DNA of 40,083 nt. Source: a bacterium. Its GTDB lineage: Bacteria; Sysuimicrobiota; Sysuimicrobiia; Sysuimicrobiales; Humicultoraceae. The stretch lies in contig JBGQGY010000019.1 in assembly GCA_041497675.1 (NCBI GenBank), positions 1 to 40,083 of the forward strand, written 5' to 3'. Of this stretch, positions 8,286-18,607 are shown in pieces. Every line of letters starts with the position of its first letter. Position 1 is the first letter of the stretch. Made by a program: the position numbers and the translations under genes. Under the pieces are notes generated by a model. That model made no database searches. It was not told the DNA's origin and was given only the letters and a program-made list of their open reading frames with translations.

Positions 8286-9602
8286 GTGGAGACAGCCACG
8301 TTCCCCACGCTCGTGAAGCTAGGGGCCGTTCTCGCCCTTGTCGCCGCCAACGGCATGTTTGTCGCGGCGGAGTTTGCCATCGTCTCTGTGCGACGAGCCC
8401 GGTTGATGCCTCTCCTGGAGCGTTCGAAGGCGGCCCGGCTCGTGCTCAAGACCGTAGAGAATCCCAACACGTTCCTTGCCGCCACCCAGCTCGGCATTAC
8501 GATGGCCAGCCTCGGGCTCGGCTGGGTTGGAGAACCGCTCGTCGGGAGTCTGATCGAGCCTCTTCTCGGCCACCTGCCCATCCAGGTCCGGGATGTCGCG
8601 AAACACGCGACAGCCACCGCCCTCGCGTTTGGCATCATCACCACACTCCACATCGTCTTCGGTGAACTGGCCGCCAAGAGTGTCGCGCTGTGGCGGCCGG
8701 AGGATACGGCGCTCATCGTGGCACCGCCGACGGATGTCTTCTACCGGATCTTCCGTCCGTTCATCTGGATGTTGAACACGCTCGCCAATGCCACACTCTC
8801 CCTGTTCGGTTTGAGAGCCCCGGCCGGAAGCCACGTGCATTCATCGGAAGAGATCAAGTTCCTGGTCTCCGAAAGCCACGAGGCCGGCGTCATGGAAGAA
8901 GACCAAGCCCTCCTCATGCACCGAGTCTTCAAGTTCGCGGATCGAAGCGTGGGAGAAGTGATGGTCCCGAGGGTCTCCCTGCAGGGCGTGCCAAAAGAGT
9001 CCACGCTCCTGCAGGCCATCGAGAGTGTGCGGCAATCCGGCTACACTCGCCTCCCTGTGTTTGTCGAGGATCTGGATCACATCGCCGGCATGGTGCACGC
9101 GAAGGACTTGCTGCTCGCGCACGTGGACGGCCGAGGCATGGAGCCGGTGGAACACGTGATGCGACCGGTGCTGTTTGTCCCGGAGACGAAGCCTGTGGCC
9201 GATCTGCTCAAAGAGATGCTGCACCAGCGCATCCATCTTGCGGTCGCCCTGGACGAATATGGCGGAACCGCGGGGATGGTCACCCTCGAGGACCTGCTCG
9301 AAGAGCTCGTCGGCGAGATCCCGGGAGAACTCAGACCGGAGCGCCGGCTCGTCGTGCGGCAGTCGCAGGATTCCATTCTCGTTGATGCCGCCATCTCGCT
9401 CGAGCATCTCAACGAAACCTTCCAGATTGAGCTCCCGCTCGACACCGCCAATACGCTCGGTGGGTTCGTGGTGTCGCATCTCCGCCGGATCCCGGAGATG
9501 GGCGAAACGTTTCAGTATGGGGGTCTCGAGTTTCGCATCGAATCGGCACGCGGCAACCGCATCGAACTGGTGAGAATACGAAAGGTGCCCGCTCGTCAGT
9601 AG
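8286..9602 (+). CDS. CNNM/CBS/CorC-HlyC (hemolysin family, DUF21) protein
   Basis: NGMFVAAEFA, QLGIT, GELAAK, tandem CBS (VMVPR, YTRLPV, DEYGGTAGMVTLEDLLEELVGEI), C-terminal CorC domain; SD AAGGAG. Confidence 0.92.
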   Translation: METATFPTLVKLGAVLALVAANGMFVAAEFAIVSVRRARLMPLLERSKAARLVLKTVENPNTFLAATQLGITMASLGLGWVGEPLVGSLIEPLLGHLPIQVRDVAKHATATALAFGIITTLHIVFGELAAKSVALWRPEDTALIVAPPTDVFYRIFRPFIWMLNTLANATLSLFGLRAPAGSHVHSSEEIKFLVSESHEAGVMEEDQALLMHRVFKFADRSVGEVMVPRVSLQGVPKESTLLQAIESVRQSGYTRLPVFVEDLDHIAGMVHAKDLLLAHVDGRGMEPVEHVMRPVLFVPETKPVADLLKEMLHQRIHLAVALDEYGGTAGMVTLEDLLEELVGEIPGELRPERRLVVRQSQDSILVDAAISLEHLNETFQIELPLDTANTLGGFVVSHLRRIPEMGETFQYGGLEFRIESARGNRIELVRIRKVPARQ

Positions 9603-10681
9603 CGGCGGGCTCCCAGGTAGCGCGCGGTGTAATACGGATCAGCCATCGTGGCGATCGTCACCCGCCTCTGGCCGGACGAGGTGTGGATGAATCGACCGTC
9701 TCCGAGATAGACGCCCGCGTGGGACGGCCCTGGGCTCACGGTCTGAAAGAAGACGACATCCCCTGCCTGGAGTTGCTCGTTGGGCACGAGTGTGCCTGCC
9801 GCAAACATCGCGAAGGTCGTCCGCGGCAGGTCGATCCCTGTTTGCTCGAAGATGTAGTTCAGGAATCCCGAGCAGTCAAACCCGTTGGGAGATGTCCCGC
9901 CCCACCGGTACGGCGCGCCGAGATAGCGCTTCGACAGCGCGACGATCGTGGTCATCCACTGAGCGCCGCGTGACGGTAGCCTGATGATCCGCGGGCGGGG
10001 ACCGGACCCCGACGGATCTCGCGCCGGGGTGACCGGCGCGCCGGGTTCAGGCGCCGGTGGCTGCGCCCCCGGCTCGGGCGCCGGGAGGTCTTGCACCGTG
10101 GCGGGATCCTGATCGGGCGCCACGGGATTTGGCGCCACGGGATTTGGCGCCGCGGGACCAGGTACCGCGGGTTCAGGCGTCGCCGCACTCTGCGCACCTT
10201 GCACAGGTGGAAGAGGGACGACGACGCGCGGTTGCGCGGGCGCAGGCAAGACTGGAACCCGCAGCGGTTGTCCGATTTGCAAGATCGCCTCAGCGGGGAT
10301 GTCGTTCAACGCCGCGAGGTGCTCCGGTGTGGTGTTGTAGCGTCGAGAGATCCGCCACAGGGTGTCGCCGGTCTGCACGCGGTACGCCACAGTGGCTGGT
10401 GTACGCCGCGCCGCGGCACGTGCTGCAACCGGTACCGGCCCGGACGCGGTCGGAACTCTCAGCGGCCGCCCGACCTGGAGTGTCGAGTCGACCGAGATGC
10501 CGTTCAGAGCGGCCAGCCGATCCGCGGTCGTGCCAAATTGCCGCGCCAGGCTCCACAGCGTGTCACCCGGACGGATGCGATACGTCGCCGTGTTCCCAGA
10601 GGCTGATTGCGCCGCCGCCGGAAGCGCGGCAATCGCTAAGATGATGAAGAGCAGCAACACGACGGCCGTGAGGGTCCGCAC
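9596..10681 (-). CDS. secreted LysM x2 + NlpC/P60 peptidoglycan endopeptidase
   Basis: Signal peptide; two LysM repeats (YRIRPGDTLW, YRVQTGDTLW); Pro-rich linker; PYRWGG, GFDCSG, SHAGVY, FIH. Confidence 0.92.
   Translation of the reverse strand: MRTLTAVVLLLFIILAIAALPAAAQSASGNTATYRIRPGDTLWSLARQFGTTADRLAALNGISVDSTLQVGRPLRVPTASGPVPVAARAAARRTPATVAYRVQTGDTLWRISRRYNTTPEHLAALNDIPAEAILQIGQPLRVPVLPAPAQPRVVVPLPPVQGAQSAATPEPAVPGPAAPNPVAPNPVAPDQDPATVQDLPAPEPGAQPPAPEPGAPVTPARDPSGSGPRPRIIRLPSRGAQWMTTIVALSKRYLGAPYRWGGTSPNGFDCSGFLNYIFEQTGIDLPRTTFAMFAAGTLVPNEQLQAGDVVFFQTVSPGPSHAGVYLGDGRFIHTSSGQRRVTIATMADPYYTARYLGARRY
10116..10151. repeat. 15-bp tandem repeat in the Pro-rich linker (APNPV x2)
   Basis: GGCGCCACGGGATTT twice plus partial GGCGCC. 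Confidence 0.8.
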
Positions 10682-10750
10682 AATCGCCCCTGTGGAGTAT
10701 CTCCGGCCTACTCGAGTTCCACAGGATACGTACCCGACGACCGCGCGCGG

Positions 10751-11674
10751 CTAGTCCTCGCGTTTGGGAGAGAGCGCCATCTCGTGCAGCCTGCGGATGC
10801 GCTCGGCCACGGGCGGATGCGTATCGAACAGCCCGTTTGCCCACCCACCCCACTCACGCAACGGGTTGATGATGTACATGTGCGCGGTCGCCTTGTTCGC
10901 GACTTCCAGCGGATCAGGGTCCGCCGCGATCTTTTCCAGCGCGTGGGCGAGCCCTTCGGGAAAGCGCGTGAGCATCGCTCCCGACGCGTCGGCGAGAAAT
11001 TCCCGGCGACGCGAGATCGCCAGACGCATCACCTGCGCGATCAGTGGGGCGAGCAGCGCGAGCACCACCCCCGCCAGCACCAGCAGGCCTCCCCCGCCGC
11101 CTCTGCCGCCATGGTCATCATCGTCACCACCGCGCCGCCATCCCCACCGCATGCTGCGCAGAAACCAGTCGCTGAGCAGCGCGACGGTTCCAACCAGAAC
11201 GGCCGCGACCGTCGCCAGACGGATGTCGTAGTTTTGGATGTGTGACATCTCGTGGGCGAGGACACCTTCCAATTCGAGGCGGTCGAGCTTGTCCAGCAGG
11301 CCGGTCGTGACCGCAATGGCGGCGTGCTCAGGGTCGCGGCCGGTGGCAAACGCGTTGGGCGCCGAGTCGTCGATCAGGTACACGCGCGGCGGTGGGATGC
11401 CGGCGGCGATGGCCAGGCCTTCGACCGCGTTATAGAGGTAGGGATAGTCTTCGCGTGAGGCCTCACGAGCCCCGCTGATGCCCAGCACGATGGCGTCGCT
11501 GGAGTAGTACGAGGCCCACGCAATCGCCGCCGCGACAATGGCCGCGACGATGGCACCAGGATACCCGAAGTCGGTCAGCTCGCCGAAGACATAGCCCAAA
11601 CCGGCGACGACGAGCACGAAACTGACGAACAACATCCAGGTGGCCCGGACATTGCGTTCGACGGCCTCGTACAT
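10751..11674 (-). CDS. htpX: M48 zinc metalloprotease HtpX
   Basis: PNAFATG, GVLAHEMSH (HExxH), SRRREFLAD, THPP. Confidence 0.92.
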   Translation of the reverse strand: MYEAVERNVRATWMLFVSFVLVVAGLGYVFGELTDFGYPGAIVAAIVAAAIAWASYYSSDAIVLGISGAREASREDYPYLYNAVEGLAIAAGIPPPRVYLIDDSAPNAFATGRDPEHAAIAVTTGLLDKLDRLELEGVLAHEMSHIQNYDIRLATVAAVLVGTVALLSDWFLRSMRWGWRRGGDDDDHGGRGGGGGLLVLAGVVLALLAPLIAQVMRLAISRRREFLADASGAMLTRFPEGLAHALEKIAADPDPLEVANKATAHMYIINPLREWGGWANGLFDTHPPVAERIRRLHEMALSPKRED

Positions 11675-11689
11675 CGGCGGGCCGCGTCG

Positions 11690-12235
11690 TTAGAACTTGA
11701 CCTTAACCGGCTCCCGAGCGGCCTCTTCCATCTCGAAGTATTCGCGTGGGCCGAACCCGAACTGGTTGGCGATCAGCGCCGCTGGAAACGTCTGGCGGGC
11801 GTTGTTGTAGCGCAGCACGGTGTCGTTGTAAAACTGGCGGGCAAACGCGATTTTGCTCTCGGTGCCGCTCAGTTCTTCTTGCAGTTTCTGGAAGTTCTCG
11901 GTCGCGCGCAGTTGCGGGTAGTTCTCTGCGACGGCGAAGACGCTGCGCAGGGCCTGGGTGAGCATATTCTCCGCCTTACCCTGCTCCCCCACCGACCCCG
12001 CGGCGATCGCGTTCGCGCGCGCCTGCGTCACGCGCTCGAACACGTCTTTCTCGTGGGCCGCATACCCCTTGACGGTTTCGAGCAGGTTGGGAATCAGGTC
12101 GTAGCGACGTCGGAGCTGCACATCGATCTGCGACCAGGCATTGCCGATACGATTGCGCAGCACGACCAGACTGTTGTAGGTCATGATGAGCCAGAGCACG
12201 ACCAGGGCGATGAGACCGAGTATCCAGAGCGTCAC
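11690..12235 (-). CDS. lemA: LemA family protein
   Basis: [36 protein letters not shown]-terminal TM anchor. Confidence 0.93.
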   Translation of the reverse strand: MTLWILGLIALVVLWLIMTYNSLVVLRNRIGNAWSQIDVQLRRRYDLIPNLLETVKGYAAHEKDVFERVTQARANAIAAGSVGEQGKAENMLTQALRSVFAVAENYPQLRATENFQKLQEELSGTESKIAFARQFYNDTVLRYNNARQTFPAALIANQFGFGPREYFEMEEAAREPVKVKF

Positions 12236-12262
12236 GGCCCTACCTCCATCTCAGCCTACCGA

Positions 12263-13714
12263 TCACCGTCTGTGCGGGGGGTTCGGCGGAGGAAGAACGA
12301 ATCCCTCGATGGCTGACGGCCAGCGCTCCGCCCAGGGTCGCGCCTGCTCGAGTTGTGCCGCCAGGCGGAACAACATGGCCTCATCACCGAACCGGGCGGT
12401 GAAGTGGCTCCCAACGGGGAGGCCGTCGCGCGTCCAGGACAGCGGCACTGACATCGCGGGTTGCCCGGTCACGTTGGCGATGGGCGTGTACGCCACGTAC
12501 TCGACCAACAAGGCGACGAGGGCGTCGAACGGCATCTCCTGTGAGATCGTCCCAATAGGAACCGGCGGGCGCGCCAGGACCGGGGTCAGCAGGAGATCGT
12601 AGGTCTGCAAGAACTGGGCCATGACGTAGCCGATCTGCAGCAGCGGGCGCCAGGCCAGTCCGACGTCGGCCGGCTCGCGATTGACCGCAAGCCCGGCGAA
12701 CCCTCGCGTGATCGGTTCGAACACGTCGGCGGCCGCCGTCTGCCCCATGAGTCGAGCGGCTTCCTTCATCGACGCCGCCACCCCAACGCCCCAGAGGAAT
12801 AGGAACGCTTCTGTGAGGCGGTTCCCATCGATCTGCGGAGCCGCTTCCTCGACGTGATGTCCCAGCGACTCGCAGAGCCGCGCGGTCGACTCCACGGCGG
12901 CTACGCAATCCGCATGCGCCCGCCGGCCGAGGAAGTCCGTTGTGGTGAACGCGATGCGGAGCCGTCCGGGTGGCGCGCCCACCTCCTGCAGATACGGGCG
13001 GGCCGGGGGCGGTGCCCACCAGCGGTCGCCCGGCGCGGGGCCCTGCGTCGCATCGAGCACGGCGGCGCTGTCACGTACCGACCGGCTCACGCAATGCTGG
13101 ACGCCAAACCCGTGCCAGCTCGGCTCGGGGACCTCCGGGTTCCGCCCGCGGGTGATCTTCAGACCAAAGAGGCCACAGGCCGACGCCGGTATGCGAATCG
13201 ACCCTCCGCCATCGCTCGCGTGGGCGACCGGCACCATCCCCGCGGCCACGGCGGCGGCCGCGCCTCCGCTCGAGCCGCCGGCAGAGTAAGCGAGATTCCA
13301 CGGATTGCGGGTTGGCCCGTGCACCCGCGGCTCGGTGGTGGGCAGAATGCCAAACTCCGGCGTGTTGGTCTTCCCCAGGACGATAAACCCCGCCCGCTCG
13401 AGCCGCCGGACGACCTCGTGCGTGTACGGGGCCACGTAGTCCCTGAAACACGCGGACCCAAACGTCAGCCGCGTGCCTTCAAACGCGGTGAGATCCTTGA
13501 CGAGCGTCGGCACGCCGGCAAACGGGCCGTCCGGAAGCGGGCGAGCGGCCTGCTCCTGCGCGCGCTCGAAGCAGGCCGTGACGACGGCATTGATCTGAGG
13601 ATTCAGACGCTCGATCCGGCCGATGGCGGCATCGACGAGCTCGCGAGCGGTGATCTGTCTCTTACGAACCAGCGCGGCCTGGGCCAAGGCATCGGTCGCG
13701 GCAATCTCGATCAT
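12263..13714 (-). CDS. amidase (amidase signature family)
   Basis: [39 protein letters not shown] 13714 preceded by SD GGAG. Confidence 0.9.
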   Translation of the reverse strand: MIEIAATDALAQAALVRKRQITARELVDAAIGRIERLNPQINAVVTACFERAQEQAARPLPDGPFAGVPTLVKDLTAFEGTRLTFGSACFRDYVAPYTHEVVRRLERAGFIVLGKTNTPEFGILPTTEPRVHGPTRNPWNLAYSAGGSSGGAAAAVAAGMVPVAHASDGGGSIRIPASACGLFGLKITRGRNPEVPEPSWHGFGVQHCVSRSVRDSAAVLDATQGPAPGDRWWAPPPARPYLQEVGAPPGRLRIAFTTTDFLGRRAHADCVAAVESTARLCESLGHHVEEAAPQIDGNRLTEAFLFLWGVGVAASMKEAARLMGQTAAADVFEPITRGFAGLAVNREPADVGLAWRPLLQIGYVMAQFLQTYDLLLTPVLARPPVPIGTISQEMPFDALVALLVEYVAYTPIANVTGQPAMSVPLSWTRDGLPVGSHFTARFGDEAMLFRLAAQLEQARPWAERWPSAIEGFVLPPPNPPHRR

Positions 13715-13956
13715 TCTAGTCTCCGGACAGACAGGGGTGCGCGATCGCCGCGAAGGGGTTCGGCACTCCTGCACGAAACCCCTCGGCATGACCCATCATA
13801 CGCGATGGTTGAGGTCAGCAGCGCGGCGCGCACAGTCACGATTACTCCAAAAGACGCGACTGGTCGCGCCGTGTGTCGGGCACCTCTCTTGTTGAGGGCA
13901 TCTCCGTAACGGCGCGGTAACAGAGCGCGAACGCTCGCGTGGGCGCCGAAGCGGTC

Positions 13957-13965
13957 TGCTATAAT
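13957..13965 (+). promoter_or_regulatory. extended -10 promoter element
   Basis: TGCTATAAT about 40 bp upstream of the DUF151 start. Confidence 0.6.
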
Positions 13966-14007
13966 GCCGGTAAGGCGTCTGGCCCAACGTGGAAAGGGGA
14001 GCTGGCC

Positions 14008-14514
14008 GTGCGCATCATGAAGGTTCGCCGTGTGGCCCTCGATCAACAAAACAATCCCGTGGTGCTGCTGGTTGACGAGGACGAGACGGTGGCCCTTCCC
14101 ATTTGGATCGGCCAGGCGGAAGCCATGGCGATCGCGATGCGGCTGCAGAACGTCCAGCCGCCCCGGCCGATGACGCACGACCTCCTCACGACGGTCCTCG
14201 AACAGCTTGCGGCAAAGGTCACGAAGATCGTCGTCAGCGACGTCCGTGATGCCACGTATTTCGCCGAGATCCATCTGGCCCGGAATGGCACGTCGTTTGT
14301 CATCGACTCCCGGCCGAGCGACGCAATCGCGCTCGCGTTGCGGGTCGAGGCGCCGATCTTTGTCGAAGACAAGGTGGCCGTGCAGGGCATCGCGCTCCAC
14401 AAGCAGGACAACGGTGATGGCAAGACCGAGGGATTGGAAGAACTCGACCCGCAGGAGTTTCGCCGGTTCCTCGAACGCGTCAAGCCGGACGATTTCCGTA
14501 GAACCGTTCACTAA
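14008..14514 (+). CDS. bifunctional nuclease family protein (DUF151)
   Basis: LPIWIGQAEA, PRPMTHDL, DSRPSDAIALA; GTG 14008 after SD AAGGGGAG. Confidence 0.9.
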   Translation: MRIMKVRRVALDQQNNPVVLLVDEDETVALPIWIGQAEAMAIAMRLQNVQPPRPMTHDLLTTVLEQLAAKVTKIVVSDVRDATYFAEIHLARNGTSFVIDSRPSDAIALALRVEAPIFVEDKVAVQGIALHKQDNGDGKTEGLEELDPQEFRRFLERVKPDDFRRTVH

Positions 14515-14543
14515 TCCCACCGCTGCAGCCCACGTGTGATTCG

Positions 14544-15761
14544 GTGACCCAGGGTCGCGTAACTCGTTGCTTCTTTGCGCTGCTGCTCGCCGTCGCCTAC
14601 GGCGTCGCGCTCGGCCCGGCCGCGTCCGCGCAATCCCTTCCGCCCGGCCGGCTGCCCGACGTCGAGGCCGTAGTCTGGCATGAGCTCACCCGCTCTGGGA
14701 ACGCCAACCGGGTCGCGGCCGTTGAGGTCGTCACGAATGGCCGGCTGGTCATCGCGGGAATCAAGTTCACCTATCGTCTGGCCGGCGCCGGCGACCCCGC
14801 CGGCCGCCTCCGGCGGCGGGCGCTGGCTGTTTCAGCGGCCGCCTTCACCGGCGCGCCGGTGCTCGATCAGGTGCACGTCTCGGGTTTCTATCAGGAGGAG
14901 GGCGCTTTCGACTACAGGCGGCGCGACGTGACCTTCTCGGCGGCGTTCCGCCGCAAAGACCTGGCAGACCCTGGGACGGTCTCCCGTATCTGGCTCCACC
15001 CGGCCCTCTCGGCCCCCACGCCGGAAGATCGCATCAGGACCCTGGAATCGCGGCGGTATCCTCCGGACGCCGCGCACGGGGGGCTGGAGTCCGCGGGGCT
15101 ATTCGCGGGCGCCGTGAGCGAGTGGCCTGGGCCTGCCCCGCGTCTCGATGGCTCGATGCGTCGCCTGCCGATGCGGGTCATCTTCCGCGGCAATCCCAGC
15201 GGGCGGGTCGTGGCGCTGACCTTTGACGATGGACCGGATCCTATGTACACCACCCTGCTCCTCGACACGCTCGAGCATCTTGGGCTTCGGGCGACGTTCT
15301 TTCTCATCGGCGACCGGGTCGAGGCTTACCCCTATTTTGCGCGCGACATCGTCGCCGCAGGGCATGAGCTGGGCAACCACTCGTTCCACCACGTGAACCT
15401 CTCGCGGCTGCAGCCGGCGGATCTCGAACGCGAAATCGGCTCGACCCAGCAGGTGATCCAGCAAGTCACCGGCGTGGTCGCGCGGTACTTCCGCCCGCCC
15501 GGCGGTAACTACAACCGCAGCGTGCTGCACATGGTTTCGCTGTATGGATTAACGACGGTCTTCTGGACCGACAACCCGGCCGACTACTCAAACGCGGGTC
15601 CGGTCGCCCTCCAAACCAAGTTGGTGGGGCGCGTGTCGAACGGCGGGATCGTGCTCTTGCATCAAGGCGTGGAGGATACCATCCGCATCCTACCCCACGC
15701 TATGGACACGCTGCGGCAGCGGGGCTATACGATTGTCCCGGTGACCGCCCTGCCGCGCTAG
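14544..15761 (+). CDS. secreted polysaccharide deacetylase (NodB/CE4) with unknown N-terminal domain
   Basis: Signal peptide; TFDDGP, HELGNHSFHH, FRPPGG, IVLLH motifs. Confidence 0.88.
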   Translation: MTQGRVTRCFFALLLAVAYGVALGPAASAQSLPPGRLPDVEAVVWHELTRSGNANRVAAVEVVTNGRLVIAGIKFTYRLAGAGDPAGRLRRRALAVSAAAFTGAPVLDQVHVSGFYQEEGAFDYRRRDVTFSAAFRRKDLADPGTVSRIWLHPALSAPTPEDRIRTLESRRYPPDAAHGGLESAGLFAGAVSEWPGPAPRLDGSMRRLPMRVIFRGNPSGRVVALTFDDGPDPMYTTLLLDTLEHLGLRATFFLIGDRVEAYPYFARDIVAAGHELGNHSFHHVNLSRLQPADLEREIGSTQQVIQQVTGVVARYFRPPGGNYNRSVLHMVSLYGLTTVFWTDNPADYSNAGPVALQTKLVGRVSNGGIVLLHQGVEDTIRILPHAMDTLRQRGYTIVPVTALPR

Positions 15762-15773
15762 TCCTCCTGGCTG

Positions 15774-17903
15774 ATGGACTCCGGTATGTCGAGGAGTAAC
15801 ACCGAGCAGTTCCTGATCCGTGGCATGGACTGCGCCGACTGTGCGATGACGATCGAACGCAGCCTTCGGCGCTTGCCAGGCGTCGAATCCGTTGCCGTAG
15901 CCTACGCGACCGCCCGTGCGCACGTGACCTATCGCACTGGGTCCGTAGCGCACGACCAGATGGTCGCGGCCATACGCAACGCAGGGTATGACGTGGCCGA
16001 GGAGCGGAAGCCTGATCCCCCGCTGTTCTCGCGACCCCAAGTGAGGCTAACGCTCGCCAGCGCCGTGCTCGCGGGCATAGGGATCCTGATCCGATTCTCC
16101 GGCGGGCCCGAAGTGTTCGCCGAGGCGTTGCTCGGCCTCGGTGCGTTCATCGGCGGTTTCCCAATCGCGCGGCGGGGGTGGCGGGCGCTACGGGCGTCGC
16201 GGACCCTGGACATGAATGTGCTCATGGTGGTCGCTGCGATTGGCGCCGCAGCGATCGACCAATGGGAAGAGGCAGCCGCGGTCGTGGTGCTGTTCTCGCT
16301 GGCCGAGACCCTGGAAGCGCTCACAGCCGATCGGGCACGCTCCGCCATCGCATCGCTGATCACCCTGGCGCCGCAGACTGCGCTCGTCTATCGCCACGAC
16401 CAGGAGATGGTGATCCCAACCGACGCGATTCTCCCCGGCGACGTGGTCGTCGTGCGCCCCGGCGAGCGGATCCCCGTAGATGGAGAAGTACGGGAGGGCA
16501 GGTCGTCGGTCAACCAGTCGGCGATCACCGGAGAGCCGCTGCCTGTCGAGAAGGGGCCGGGTGATCCGGTGTTCGGGGGATCGGTGAACACACGTGGCAC
16601 GTTCGAGGTGCTCGCGACCCGCCCCGCGTCAGAGAGCACGCTCGCCCGCATTGCCCACCTGGTCGAAGAGGCCGAGGCGCAGCGGGCGCCGGTACAGCAG
16701 TTCGTCGACCGGTTCGCGGCCGTCTACACACCCGCTGTGGTCTTCGGCGCTCTTTTGGTAGCGGCGGTTCCGCCGCTGCTCGGCGCCGACTTCAGGACGT
16801 GGCTCTACCGGGCTCTGGCGCTACTCGTCATCGCGTGCCCATGTGCCCTGGTGATCAGTACTCCGGTGACGATGGTCGCGGCGCTCGCCCGTGCCGCGCG
16901 CGCGGGCATCTTGATCAAGGGCGGCCAATACCTCGAGGTGCTCGCCGGTGCGCGGGCGCTCGCGATCGACAAAACCGGCACGCTGACGACCGGCCAGCCC
17001 ACGGTCAGGAGTGTCGTGAGCGTCGATGGGCTGGATCCCTCCCAGGTGCTGCGCATCGCCGCCGCGCTCGAATCACGATCGGAGCATCCAATCGCTTCGG
17101 CGATCCTGCAGCGCGCGCGGGACGAGGGAGTCCCGGTCTCGCGTCCTGAGGCGGCCGAGGCCGTCCCTGGCGGCGGCATCATGGGTGGCGTCGAAGGGCA
17201 GCGTTACCTGCTCGGCAGTCCGGAGTTCGTGGCGACCAACGGTGTCGATCCGGGCCCCCTCACGGACCGGATCGGCGCGGCGCGCAGCCGAGGTGAGACC
17301 ACCGTACTGCTGGCCGATACGCGGCGGGTCCTTGGCTTGATCACCGTCAGCGACGTCGAGCGCGTCGGCGCGGCCGAGGCCGTAGACGCGCTTCACCACC
17401 TCGGGATACGGCCGATCGTCCTGCTGACCGGCGACGCATCGGGGGCCGCCGCTACGGTCGCGGCGTCGGTGGGCGTCGACGACGTCCAGGCCGGCCTGCT
17501 GCCCGAACAGAAGGTCGCGGCCGTGACGGCACTCAGACAACAACACGGGCAGGTGATCATGGTCGGGGACGGCATCAACGACGCGCCTGCGCTCGCGGCC
17601 GCGACGGTTGGTGTCGCGATGGGGGTGGCGGGTTCCGACACGGCACTCGAGGCCGCCGACGTGGCGCTGATGCGTGATGATCTCAGTTTGCTGCCGGAGG
17701 CGATCGGACTGAGTCGCCGGGCCATGCGCGTGATCCGCCAGAACGTCGTCCTGGCGCTCGGGATCAAAGGTGTCTTCCTCACGCTGGCGCTGCTGGGGCG
17801 GACGACGCTCTGGTTGGCAGTGTTCGCGGACATGGGGGTGTCGCTACTCGTCATCGCCAACGGTCTTACGCTGTTGCGCACGAATCCCCGTAAGAAGGCC
17901 TAG
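15774..17903 (+). CDS. heavy-metal P1B-type ATPase (ZntA/CadA-like, Zn/Cd/Pb)
   Basis: GMDCADC HMA domain, [25 protein letters not shown] Lys (LGIKG) and FADMG typical of P1B-2. Confidence 0.92.
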   Translation: MDSGMSRSNTEQFLIRGMDCADCAMTIERSLRRLPGVESVAVAYATARAHVTYRTGSVAHDQMVAAIRNAGYDVAEERKPDPPLFSRPQVRLTLASAVLAGIGILIRFSGGPEVFAEALLGLGAFIGGFPIARRGWRALRASRTLDMNVLMVVAAIGAAAIDQWEEAAAVVVLFSLAETLEALTADRARSAIASLITLAPQTALVYRHDQEMVIPTDAILPGDVVVVRPGERIPVDGEVREGRSSVNQSAITGEPLPVEKGPGDPVFGGSVNTRGTFEVLATRPASESTLARIAHLVEEAEAQRAPVQQFVDRFAAVYTPAVVFGALLVAAVPPLLGADFRTWLYRALALLVIACPCALVISTPVTMVAALARAARAGILIKGGQYLEVLAGARALAIDKTGTLTTGQPTVRSVVSVDGLDPSQVLRIAAALESRSEHPIASAILQRARDEGVPVSRPEAAEAVPGGGIMGGVEGQRYLLGSPEFVATNGVDPGPLTDRIGAARSRGETTVLLADTRRVLGLITVSDVERVGAAEAVDALHHLGIRPIVLLTGDASGAAATVAASVGVDDVQAGLLPEQKVAAVTALRQQHGQVIMVGDGINDAPALAAATVGVAMGVAGSDTALEAADVALMRDDLSLLPEAIGLSRRAMRVIRQNVVLALGIKGVFLTLALLGRTTLWLAVFADMGVSLLVIANGLTLLRTNPRKKA

Positions 17904-17904
17904 G

Positions 17905-18579
17905 CTAAGCGGCGGGCGCCCGATCGCCGGCGTCGAGATAGACCGCTTCGGCCAGCGCCGTACTAATGCGCTGGCGTTGTCCTTCCACCCGGATCTCCAC
18001 CACGCGCGGGCCTGTGGCGACCACCTCGACTTCGGCACCCGGCAACAGCCCGGCGGCCGCCAGTTCGCGCACCCGCCGCGCATCGCGGTCACTCACCCGC
18101 GTGATCACCCCGCGCTCGCCGGGCGCCGCTTCGGTCAGCAGCCGCCCGCCGGTCGCGGCCACCTCGCCGCCCTTGGTGGGAATTGGATCGCCGTGCGGAT
18201 CGAGCGACGGTTCACCCAGCGCCGTCGCGATCCGATCTTCGAGCTCTTCAGAGATCACGTGTTCCAGACGATCAGCTTCGCCATGCACCTGGTCGATGCT
18301 GACGCCGAGCTGCCGGCTAAGATAGAGCTCCAGCAGCCGGTGGTGACGAATTACTTGCAGGGCCACCTTGGCGCCGGTATCGGTCAGCGCGACGCCGTGA
18401 TAGGGTGTGTGCCGGACCAAACGCATCCGGGCCAAACGCTTCATCATGTTGGTGACCGACGCCGGAGCCACGTCGAGACGCCCGGCCAGTTCCGTCGTCG
18501 TCACCTGGCGCGATTGTTGGGCGATCAGATAGATGGCCTTGAGATAATCCTCGATCGCCTGGCTCAATGGTGCCGGCAT
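17905..18579 (-). CDS. DtxR/MntR family metal-dependent repressor with FeoA-like C-terminal domain
   Basis: IEDYLKAIY, wHTH, RHHRLLE, EADRLEH, DPHGDPIP. Confidence 0.92.
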   Translation of the reverse strand: MPAPLSQAIEDYLKAIYLIAQQSRQVTTTELAGRLDVAPASVTNMMKRLARMRLVRHTPYHGVALTDTGAKVALQVIRHHRLLELYLSRQLGVSIDQVHGEADRLEHVISEELEDRIATALGEPSLDPHGDPIPTKGGEVAATGGRLLTEAAPGERGVITRVSDRDARRVRELAAAGLLPGAEVEVVATGPRVVEIRVEGQRQRISTALAEAVYLDAGDRAPAA

Positions 18580-18607
18580 GACGATCCCCCTCGTCCACTC
18601 CCTGTGG

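Noticed and set aside
10116..10151. Tandem repeat as possible CRISPR or contingency locus
   Set aside because: Only two in-frame 15-bp copies, no spacers; encodes a Pro-rich linker.
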